Of a stretch of DNA of 64,000 nt, positions 30,469 through 38,623 are shown in pieces. The position numbers and the translations under genes are program-made. How positions within the stretch are numbered: position 1 is the first letter of the stretch; each line of letters begins with the position of its first letter. The notes beneath the pieces were generated by a model. That model did not search any database and had not been told where the DNA came from. It was given only the letters and a program-made list of their open reading frames with translations. The DNA is from an uncultured Candidatus Entotheonella sp. (lineage in GTDB: Bacteria; Tectomicrobia; Entotheonellia; Entotheonellales; Entotheonellaceae). Location of the stretch: the NCBI GenBank assembly GCA_965217185.1, contig OZ244252.1, forward strand, positions 3,584,001-3,648,000. The letters are read 5' to 3'.

Positions 30469-31674
30469 ATGCCCGTAGAAGAGCATGGTTCGAAAAGTCC
30501 TTTGATGAGTGTGCTTGAGAAATTTGAAGCCACAGAGGCCAATATTGCAAAACTGGAACGCCTCTGGTCCGAACTGGAAAGCCTCATTCCAGGCGGCATC
30601 TCCTTTGGAGATGATCCAGACTATGACGATAAGATACGTGCTTATTCTTTACTACTTGACGCATTACCCATGATCGACGGCTGGAAACCCACAATGTCCC
30701 CTTGGACGTTGAATGCGATCGCTCAAAACCGTCTTGATGCCAGGGAATTGGAGGAGCCAGAAGTCTTCTTCCAGATCGAAGAAGGGATTGTTCAGCCGGG
30801 AAAGGAGATCCGCGACTATCGTTTCCGATTCAACAATAAACGCCGGGCTCTGATTCGGGATACTTTGGTCGATCTGATTGACGAAGTAGACTCTGACGTT
30901 CGAATCCTACGACAAAAGATCAACGAGAGAGAACCCAGCATTCGATTAGAATCCGAACTTTGGGCCGACATACGGAGACACATCAGCGAGATCGAAGTGC
31001 TGCTCGGCAGCAGCGTTCCAAAGCCACCTCGATGGACCGATATGTTGCGCCACATTCATTTCGGTAAACTTCAGGATTTCGACGATATCGAAGGGCGTGA
31101 CTGGCCATCCATCAAGGCAGAACTCCGCAAAGGGCTCTACGGCGTGGACGAACCTCTGCCTATAGGGATCAAAGACCTTGGCGAGTTGGTGACCACGAAG
31201 CCGAGCGGTTCTATAGCAACAAAGCTTAACTGGGCCTCGCTGGATGATACGGGATATGAGCGGCTTCTATTCGTTCTCATCAGTAATGAAGCCGGCTACG
31301 AAAACCCCGAGTGGCTCATGCAGACGCGCGCTCCAGATCGTGGTCGCGATCTGTCAGTAACGCGGACCACGACGGATGCCCTCTCTGGAACCCTCCATCA
31401 GCGGGTCGTCATTCAATGCAAACATTGGCAAACTAAAAGTGTCAGTTTGCAAGACGCCGCATCAGCGAAGGAGCAAATGTCGCTGTGGGCTAATCCACGA
31501 GTCGATGTCCTTATTATTGCAACGAGCGGGCGTTTCACCCTCGATGCCGTTGATTGGATTGAAAGGCACAACGCAACGGGTGTTTCTCCCCGGGTCGAAA
31601 TGTGGCCCGAAAGTCATCTAGAGCACTTGTTAGCCCCCCGTCCCGGGCTCATCGCCGAATTTAAACTGCGCTAG
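30469..31674 (+). CDS. Mrr-like restriction endonuclease with unknown helical N-terminal region
   Basis: C-terminal YERLL..PDRGRDL..VIQCKHW..IIATSGRFT (D..QxK Mrr catalytic pattern); low GC. Confidence 0.75.
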   Translation: MPVEEHGSKSPLMSVLEKFEATEANIAKLERLWSELESLIPGGISFGDDPDYDDKIRAYSLLLDALPMIDGWKPTMSPWTLNAIAQNRLDARELEEPEVFFQIEEGIVQPGKEIRDYRFRFNNKRRALIRDTLVDLIDEVDSDVRILRQKINEREPSIRLESELWADIRRHISEIEVLLGSSVPKPPRWTDMLRHIHFGKLQDFDDIEGRDWPSIKAELRKGLYGVDEPLPIGIKDLGELVTTKPSGSIATKLNWASLDDTGYERLLFVLISNEAGYENPEWLMQTRAPDRGRDLSVTRTTTDALSGTLHQRVVIQCKHWQTKSVSLQDAASAKEQMSLWANPRVDVLIIATSGRFTLDAVDWIERHNATGVSPRVEMWPESHLEHLLAPRPGLIAEFKLR

Positions 31675-31693
31675 AATTTTTCCCCTATCCATC

Positions 31694-32104
31694 TCACACT
31701 GCCTTCACGAACAGCACCAGCCCCAGGACGGCGACGGCGACGTAGGCCGCCAGAACCGCGGCGCCGGGGTAGTCCTTGGCAAGCCGCTGGCCGAAGAACA
31801 GGCAGAGCAGAGACAGCAGCGCCAGCTCAAGCCCGGCGATGGCGAGCCCGCTGCCCGTGCCGATCAGCAGAAGGATGAATCCGACGCCGCAGCAGAGGCC
31901 GGTGACGGTTTCCAGGGCGGTGATGACCCAGAACATCAGCGGCACCATGTTGCCTAGCGGGCTGGCGGCAAAATGGCCGCTGAGGAAATCCAGATTGCCC
32001 TGGCTGTCGATGAGCTTGTCGAATGCCGACTGCAGGAACGCAATCGCAAAGAATGCCGTCACCGCCAGTTGTCCGAACCACAAGGGTTCTATGAACCGAT
32101 CCAC
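31694..32104 (-). CDS. DoxX-family membrane protein
   Basis: FLQSAFDKL, HFAASPL, LFFGQRLAKDYPGAA; hydrophobic segments. Confidence 0.78.
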   Translation of the reverse strand: MDRFIEPLWFGQLAVTAFFAIAFLQSAFDKLIDSQGNLDFLSGHFAASPLGNMVPLMFWVITALETVTGLCCGVGFILLLIGTGSGLAIAGLELALLSLLCLFFGQRLAKDYPGAAVLAAYVAVAVLGLVLFVKAV

Positions 32105-32163
32105 GTTTACTCCCTTCCCGTTTACTCGCCCGGCACATTTTCCACCGGGGCAAATGCCCCGGT

Positions 32164-32244
32164 CGTCATTCCGGCGGAAGCCGGAATCCAGCGACCCTTG
32201 GACGTCCTCAAAAACCCCTGGACCCCGGCCTGCGCCGGGGTGAC
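32164..32244. repeat. CGTC-type REP doublet
   Basis: CGTCATTCCGGCGGAAGCCGGAATCCAG ... CTGGACCCCGGCCTGCGCCGGGGTGAC, inverted pair. Confidence 0.82.
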
Positions 32245-32308
32245 AGGAGGGATTCCTTGGCGTTTCTCTTTTACGGCAACCAGAGCGGAAACTGCCTGCG
32301 CCGTTATC

Positions 32309-33253
32309 TCACACCGACACGCCGGGCCGTACGTCGCTGGCAAAGCGGTCCATGACACGCTGCATTTCGGCAATGTCCGACGTCATGATGTCGAACACCA
32401 TGTGGCTGACGCCGCAATCGGCGTACCGCGCGATGTCGTCCTGGATGGCGGCGGGGCTGCCGGTGAGTGGCCGGCGGTCGGACCCGGTGTCGTCGGCAAA
32501 GACGATGGGGCCGCGGAACGAAATGGTCACGTCCTGCGGATTGCGGCCCGCCCGGCTGGCTTCATCGCGCAGCCGTGCCACCGCGGTCTTCATTTCGTCG
32601 GGCGTCAGGTTGGCGGGCGGGCGCAGGCCGATGGGGTGCCAGCCGTCGCCCAAGCGGGCGGCGCGGCGGATGGCCGGGCCGGTGTGGCCGCCGATCCAGA
32701 TGGGCGGGTGCGGGCGGCGCACCGGGCGCGGCGCGAAGCCGATGTTGTCGAAGCGCACGTGCTCGCCGTTGAAGCTGGGGGCGTCGTCGGTCCACAGGGT
32801 GCGGAAAACGCGGATGTATTCGTCGCTGACGGCGCCGCGCTGCCGGAAGGTGTCCAGGCCGAGCGCCACGAATTCCTCCTCCATCCAGCCCACGCCGACG
32901 CCGAGGATGACCCGACCGCCCGACAGGGTGTCGAGGGTGGAGACGATCTTGGCGGTCAGTAGCGCGTTGCGGTAAGGCAGGATGAGCACGCTGGTGCCGA
33001 GTTGCACACGCGTCGTGCACGCCGCCAGGTAGGTCAGGGTGGTCAGCGGCTCATAGTAATCCTGCTCCGGCGCGGCGGGAAAGGCGCCGTTCGGGTCGTA
33101 CGGGTAGAACGACTCGATCTGCTGCGGCACGATGATGTGATCGCTCACCCAGATCGAGTCCAGCCCTACCGTCTCGGCATGCTGCGCGAGCAGCCGCAAG
33201 TTGTCCGTCGTGGTCGTCGCTCCCCGGCTGGGAAGGCTTAACCCAAACTCCAT
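32309..33253 (-). CDS. LLM-class (F420-dependent-like) oxidoreductase
   Basis: DSIWVSDH, LGTSVLILPYR, GRVILGVGVGW, PPIWIGG, RLGDGW. Confidence 0.9.
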   Translation of the reverse strand: MEFGLSLPSRGATTTTDNLRLLAQHAETVGLDSIWVSDHIIVPQQIESFYPYDPNGAFPAAPEQDYYEPLTTLTYLAACTTRVQLGTSVLILPYRNALLTAKIVSTLDTLSGGRVILGVGVGWMEEEFVALGLDTFRQRGAVSDEYIRVFRTLWTDDAPSFNGEHVRFDNIGFAPRPVRRPHPPIWIGGHTGPAIRRAARLGDGWHPIGLRPPANLTPDEMKTAVARLRDEASRAGRNPQDVTISFRGPIVFADDTGSDRRPLTGSPAAIQDDIARYADCGVSHMVFDIMTSDIAEMQRVMDRFASDVRPGVSV

Positions 33254-33409
33254 TTGTGAATCTCCCTCGTGTTCGGTTGCATGCGGCACACATTGTTGGT
33301 GCGATTCCGACCGGTATCCGCAATCGCATGAACCGGCGGAAACTCTCGTGGTTATTAAGCCTTACGGTTTCTCCCATCCAACTACACTGTGCGGTCCTCT
33401 TACTCGTCA

Positions 33410-34267
33410 TCACGCGCTATTGTTCTTGAGCGGCCCATCTCCAATTACACCAGTACGTACAGTTACATCATCGCTTTGAACCACTGGGGTACTTATGGTC
33501 TGGCCAACACGCTCCACCGGTACAAGGACTGCGAAGGTTTTGGTTTTGCCGACCCGCCTTGCAACCGATGCTGCGTTGCTTAATACATGGCGTGGTATCT
33601 CTCCTTCCTCGCTTTCAGCCATGGAGAACGCCTTAGCCGCTCCCGTCACTCCAATCGTGTGACATCCTCCAATAAGCACAACATTTCTCTTGGGATTATG
33701 TGGATTGACGATTCGCTCGAAGTATCCATAATCCTGGGTCTCGGTAGTAAAGCAATATTCCTTGTCATTCAATTTGTCGTATAGGACGATCTCTTCGGGA
33801 TGCCGATCAGATTGAGTGGCCACATACGGACTCCGGTAATCGAATTGTGTGCCATGATCTAATAATTGTTTTGTCAAGGCGTTGTAGTCGGGACCACCTA
33901 TCAGAATGAGATGCTTCGCGAGATCCATTCGCGTTGTAGTTGCCTCACCCGCCGACATAATACGGAGCTTGATAGCCGGATAGAGCCTAAGGAGTGTGGT
34001 GACTACCTCAAAATATGCGTCCACATCGCCATACTTGAGACTGTAAATGAACTCGCGCGGTGGTTCTACAAGCTGCCTCTCCTCTGGGTCCTCAAGCTCA
34101 GAGCACACCACAATTACGGAATCGCCGTTCTTGATTCCCCAAACTTTTCGGAGATGACGAGTTCTCCAGAGGCGAAAAAGCCTTTTCGTGGATAGTAGTG
34201 CACCCCATAGCGTTATGATCGTCGCATAGATATTTACCCAATCCGTAATGAATTCGAAAATTGACAT
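33410..34267 (-). CDS. Uncharacterised protein: N-terminal TM helix plus alpha/beta domain
   Basis: TM IYATIITLWGALLS followed by a basic stretch; motifs KYGDVDA, HLILIGGPDYN, DYGYFERIVNPHN, LIGGCHTIGVTGAA. Confidence 0.8.
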   Translation of the reverse strand: MSIFEFITDWVNIYATIITLWGALLSTKRLFRLWRTRHLRKVWGIKNGDSVIVVCSELEDPEERQLVEPPREFIYSLKYGDVDAYFEVVTTLLRLYPAIKLRIMSAGEATTTRMDLAKHLILIGGPDYNALTKQLLDHGTQFDYRSPYVATQSDRHPEEIVLYDKLNDKEYCFTTETQDYGYFERIVNPHNPKRNVVLIGGCHTIGVTGAAKAFSMAESEEGEIPRHVLSNAASVARRVGKTKTFAVLVPVERVGQTISTPVVQSDDVTVRTGVIGDGPLKNNSA

Positions 34268-34295
34268 TATCGGCCTTTGCCTACTGAGTTCCCCG

Positions 34296-35115
34296 TCATT
34301 TGAAGAAGGGGGAGCGCCGGAGGTCTCCTGGCCACTCCGAGTATGGAATTATCTTATTCGTACCATGTGCGATGTTCTGTGGCGGTACATCCTTGGTTAC
34401 TGTGGCGCCTGCACAGATATAGGCACCCGCTCCGACCTTGATCTCCCCGACAACAATTGCGTCGAAACCGATAAATACGTCCTCTTCAATGACAGCAGAG
34501 CCTTCCTCTGCCTCGGGAGCATCCCACGCGATTTTCGGGTTGTGCTGTGAATGTACAATCTTACCGAACACACGAGATCTGTCCCCTACGACCACCCGCT
34601 CTGCTACGAAGCCGCCAATTACACATTCGCGACCAATGCGTGCCTCATTGCAGATCTGCGCCCGGTAGATTACGAGGGCGTTGCTGCCAAGGGTTACCTC
34701 GCATTCGATGATACTGAAGTCGTCGATAATCGCCTTTTCGTCAATTACGCTCCCTGAACCAACGATGGAGTAGTATCCAACATAGACTCCCGGCCCAATG
34801 ATTGTTGTGTCTGGCGGATCTTCCCCACTAAACCCAATCAGCGGACGAAACGGTTTGCCGATAACAGCGCCAGAGCAAATCTGTGCACTTGGATGAATAT
34901 GGCAAATTCCACTACTAGTGCGTCAATCTTTGATCACGGGATAGAGATGATGCAACTTGACCCGTTTCGTCAATTCGGTCCGTTCTTCTTCACTCAAACG
35001 GACCACATAGAGCTTCTTCACAATCATCCCTCCCAGCTTATGGCCAGCAGCTTACTGGGAGGCAACTTATCATGCCTGTGCATTACGTTGAACAGCTACT
35101 ACTGGTAAATGTCAC
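34296..35115 (-). pseudogene. Hexapeptide-repeat (LbH) acyltransferase interrupted by a mini-IS
   Basis: Frame is open from 34922 to 34296 (CHIHPSAQICSGAVIG, IIGPGVYVG, VGAGAYICAGATVTKDVP); GTG start at 35115 rejoins in frame when the insert is removed. Confidence 0.82.
34917..35100 (-). mobile_element. IS630-derived miniature element (~180 bp)
   Basis: Mini-ORF 35027-34923 MIVKKLYVVRLSEEERTELTKRV/KLHHLYPVIKD joins IS630-like N- and C-termini; TA/TAGTAG at both junctions; imperfect ends TAGCTGTTCAA vs TAGTGCGTCAA. Confidence 0.75.
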
Positions 35116-35120
35116 TCGGT

Positions 35121-35933
35121 TCAACCTCTTATGTAGTTCATGAACTGACGATAGATATTCCTTTTGTTCGCGATTGACTTTGGGTCAAGTCCCTCATCGT
35201 CTCCTAGTATCATGTAGCCATGGTCGATGCCGTCCATGGTGACCAACCTCACCTGTTTAAGGTCACGGCAGGCCTCAACAGTCGCGTCATAGGGCACCAT
35301 TGAGTCGCAGTTGCCGTGGAAAACCAAGACCGGTTGGTGTAGTTCACGTAGTGCGACGTCAGGCCGGACTATGCGCATTTCCTCAACTAGGTGTCGAGCG
35401 ATACAAAACTCTGTATCCAACTGGAGTCGCCCAGTGCGCTCCATTATCTCCATTTGTTCCTCCGCAAATAGTTCGCTCGCCCACTCCGTCTCTGGCTTGA
35501 GGAAGGTTCGTTGATAGGAGAGAACAGGGGATATAAGACATACAGTCTGGATCATATCGGGATGCCTTGCTGCTGCGAACACGGCGGGTGGCGCCCCGAG
35601 GCTAGCGCCAATTAGGTGGAGGCGCAAAGGCGATGATCCGTTTGTGTCCCGAGCGAATTGGATGACCGCCTCCGCATCTAGATTCTGGCCGACGACCGAG
35701 AAATCCAATGAGCTTCCATCGCTGTCGCCATGGCCCCGAAAGTCGAAGCGAATAGAGGGGTATCCCTCGCGGGCAAGGGCGTTAGCACCGTCACGAAAAA
35801 AGCCTAAATACTCATCTTTGTCCACTGAGATGCCGTGCATCCAAATTATCATGTCACTACGCTCACCCCGTGTCATGATCGCATCGAGCTCATAACCGTC
35901 TGCTGTTCGTATTCGAGTTTTCTGGTCCATCAT
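35121..35933 (-). CDS. Alpha/beta hydrolase
   Basis: HG oxyanion motif, RFDFRGHGDS, nucleophile GASLG, HGNCDSMVP, DHGY. Confidence 0.9.
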   Translation of the reverse strand: MMDQKTRIRTADGYELDAIMTRGERSDMIIWMHGISVDKDEYLGFFRDGANALAREGYPSIRFDFRGHGDSDGSSLDFSVVGQNLDAEAVIQFARDTNGSSPLRLHLIGASLGAPPAVFAAARHPDMIQTVCLISPVLSYQRTFLKPETEWASELFAEEQMEIMERTGRLQLDTEFCIARHLVEEMRIVRPDVALRELHQPVLVFHGNCDSMVPYDATVEACRDLKQVRLVTMDGIDHGYMILGDDEGLDPKSIANKRNIYRQFMNYIRG

Positions 35934-36994
35934 TTAAGCTCCTGCAGTGTTTGGTTCCATTGTTTCCGGTCTAACTCCCAATCACTCATGAATCGGACAC
36001 AGTCTGTCTCGCTTATTTCCGCACATTTCGTCCGAGCGGCTTCGACAGTTGCTCGATGCCGACTGTCAGAAGCGCGGTTCGCCAACCACGTCAGCCAGCC
36101 GCTCCGAAGGTTCAGGAGTTCTTGCCATATTCTGGGGTTGAATCTCTCAGGATAGCGATTGCAGGCCACCAAGGCGAAGAGACTATCCGCAACGATCTCT
36201 CCAAACTCCTGAAACAAAGCTACGGAAGGTTTGGCGAATGGGTCATATGCCTTCTGGCAAACGCAACCAAGGGAGCAAGCACGTCCCTGGGCCATATGCG
36301 GAACCATGAAAAGCCAATCCTCATTGTAGATAGGAGGGAAAAATCCAACATCATCATCAGTTCGGACAAAGAGACAACTACCGCTCAGAAACGTAGAGAC
36401 TGGCTCGCCCAGCTCGATTTCAACATGGCCAATTGCCGATGTGTCAGGAAAATCTTCAACGAAGAAACCAGACACAACAAAATCCTGGAGCGCGTTCGCA
36501 CCGGTTACGAGAGCGGTGGATTGAAGACCTCGTATGTCGTCATCCAACAGCAGTATGCGATTTAGGCGATGTTTGCGTGCATACCAAAGGGCGTAGTTGC
36601 GTTTTGCAGGGAGGTCCCATCCGGCAAAATATGAAACGCACAGTCTGTTGGAAGAGCAACGCAGACCACTCAGTATAGCCATGAAATCGGGATCATCCAT
36701 GAAAAGGGCTTCCACATGCCGCTGGCCTATTTCGACCAAATCAAGGTCAAGACTTGACGTAGGAAGCAGAAAGATCGAAGTCCCGCTTTCGGGGAGATTT
36801 TTGAGCAATTCTGACACGTATTCCGGGCGGCCTCGGAAGGGGATGAAAATGGCGTCAAGGGAAGGAGAGGGTTCGTCGGGAGGCAGTCGATAGGACCTGG
36901 AATTATCCGGGACCAACGACCTCGGATTAAAGTCGAAAGAAATGGGAAGACTCACTCTATCAAGAGCCCCTGTCAGTTTTGTATTCGTCCCCAA
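35930..36994 (-). CDS. Putative GT-A fold glycosyltransferase
   Basis: DAIFIP, DLPAKRNYAL, ILLLDDDI (DxD), FLSGSCLFV, YNEDW; ATGA overlap with the hydrolase; TTG start uncertain. Confidence 0.72.
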   Translation of the reverse strand: MGTNTKLTGALDRVSLPISFDFNPRSLVPDNSRSYRLPPDEPSPSLDAIFIPFRGRPEYVSELLKNLPESGTSIFLLPTSSLDLDLVEIGQRHVEALFMDDPDFMAILSGLRCSSNRLCVSYFAGWDLPAKRNYALWYARKHRLNRILLLDDDIRGLQSTALVTGANALQDFVVSGFFVEDFPDTSAIGHVEIELGEPVSTFLSGSCLFVRTDDDVGFFPPIYNEDWLFMVPHMAQGRACSLGCVCQKAYDPFAKPSVALFQEFGEIVADSLFALVACNRYPERFNPRIWQELLNLRSGWLTWLANRASDSRHRATVEAARTKCAEISETDCVRFMSDWELDRKQWNQTLQELK

Positions 36995-37149
36995 CTCAGG
37001 TCCTGGCCCACGTTCCTGTTAGCCCGCCCGCGGCTGGCTTCGCCGGGCCGCTTTGTAGCATGACATGCCGTCCTGGGGCAACATGGGCGCCGCCTTGTTG
37101 CCCCCCATAATCTTCGTTACACTGCCCGCACCCCATATCGGCAAGCAAC

Positions 37150-37183
37150 GTAGGTCGGATTAGCGCAGCGTAATCCGGCTTCC
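37150..37183 (+). repeat. GTAG-type REP element at the right edge of the defence region
   Basis: GTAGGTCGGATTAGCGCAGCGTAATCCGGCTTCC. Confidence 0.82.
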
Positions 37184-37213
37184 TCAGCGCCCCTTTCGAG
37201 AGGAACGAAACCC

Positions 37214-38623
37214 ATGGACATCAACGCCGCCATTGCGGATCTGGAAGCCATCGTCGGCCCGCAGCACGTCCTCGCGTCGCGCGCCGAACGCGCCGTGTAC
37301 GGCTACGACGCCTCGGTGTTTCGCGGCACCGAGCTGCTGGCGGTGGTGCTGCCGACGACAGCCGAGCAGATCTCGCGCCTCGTCGTGTGGTGCCGGGACC
37401 ACGGCGTGCCGTACGTAGCGCGCGGCACCGGCACCGGCATCAGCGGCGGCGCCATCCCCACCCATGGCGGCGTGGTCATCGAATTGGCGCTCATGAACCA
37501 GGTGCTGGAGGTCGATCTGGCCAACCGTCTGGCCGTCGTGCAGCCCGGCGTGGTTAACCAGGACCTCAAGCGGCGCGTGCAGGAGCACGGCTACGCCTAC
37601 ACCTACGTGCCCGACCCCGGCAGCCAGGTGGTCTCGACCATCGGCGGCAACGTGGCTACCAACGCCGGCGGTATGCACTGCCTGAAGTACGGCATCACCG
37701 GCAACCACATCCTCGGGCTGGAGATGGTGCTGCCCGACGGCGACGTCGTGACCGTAGGCGGCAAGGCGGTGGATCAGCCGGGCGCCGATCTGACCGGGCT
37801 GCTGGTCGGCTCGGAAGGCACCCTCGGGATCGTGACCAAGATCATCGTGCGCCTGCTGCAAATGCCCGAGGCGGTCACCACCCACCTGGCGCTGTTCAAA
37901 ACCGTGGACGACGCGGCCAACACGGTCTCCGGCATCATCAGCTCCGGGCTGCTGCCGGCCGCCATGGAGTTGCTGGACAAGTCGATCATGCAGGCCGTGG
38001 ACAAGGCGGTGCACATCGGTTTCCCGGCAGAGGCCGGCGCGGCACTGATCATCGAACTGGACGGCTTCAGCGACGACATGGCCCGCAACGCCGACCGGGT
38101 GACGGAAGTCTGCAAGACGCACGACGTCATTTCCATTGAAACCGAGGAGGGCATCGAGGCGGGCCAGCGGCTGTGGCTGTGCCGCCGAGCGGCCTTCGGC
38201 GCCATGGCGCGGCTCGATACGGACGTCTACATCGTCGACGGCTGCGTGCCGCGCACCCAATTGCCCGAGGCGCTGCGGCGCGTGACGGCCATCGCCGAGC
38301 GCTACGATCTGCTGATCGTCAACGTGGCGCACGCCGGCGACGGCAACCTGCACCCGTCGATTCCCTTCAGCAAGCGCCGCGCCGGCGACATCGAACGGGT
38401 GCTGGAGGCCGGGCGCGAAATCCTGGAGGCATGCGTCGAACTCGGCGGCAGCATCACCGGCGAGCACGGCGTCGGCATGGAAAAGCAGAACGAAATGACC
38501 CTGATGTTCACCCCCGCCGAGCTGCAGGTCATGCGGCGCATCAAGCTCGTCCACGACCCCGACGACCTGTGCAATCCCAAGAAAATCTTCCCGCTTAGCA
38601 TGCTGGCCGAGACCGCCTCATGA
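37214..38623 (+). CDS. glcD: Glycolate oxidase subunit GlcD-like FAD oxidase
   Basis: ARGTGTGISGG, PDPGS, TIGGNVATNAGG, HAGDGNLHP, GEHGVG. Confidence 0.85.
   Translation: MDINAAIADLEAIVGPQHVLASRAERAVYGYDASVFRGTELLAVVLPTTAEQISRLVVWCRDHGVPYVARGTGTGISGGAIPTHGGVVIELALMNQVLEVDLANRLAVVQPGVVNQDLKRRVQEHGYAYTYVPDPGSQVVSTIGGNVATNAGGMHCLKYGITGNHILGLEMVLPDGDVVTVGGKAVDQPGADLTGLLVGSEGTLGIVTKIIVRLLQMPEAVTTHLALFKTVDDAANTVSGIISSGLLPAAMELLDKSIMQAVDKAVHIGFPAEAGAALIIELDGFSDDMARNADRVTEVCKTHDVISIETEEGIEAGQRLWLCRRAAFGAMARLDTDVYIVDGCVPRTQLPEALRRVTAIAERYDLLIVNVAHAGDGNLHPSIPFSKRRAGDIERVLEAGREILEACVELGGSITGEHGVGMEKQNEMTLMFTPAELQVMRRIKLVHDPDDLCNPKKIFPLSMLAETAS

Noticed and set aside
36995..37060. attC-like site upstream of the glycosyltransferase
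   Set aside because: Core site does not match GTTRRRY, no partner site, no integrase
6693..37183. Recurring ~35 bp GTAG palindromes as a possible CRISPR array
   Set aside because: Dispersed, no regular spacers, no cas genes; they are REPs
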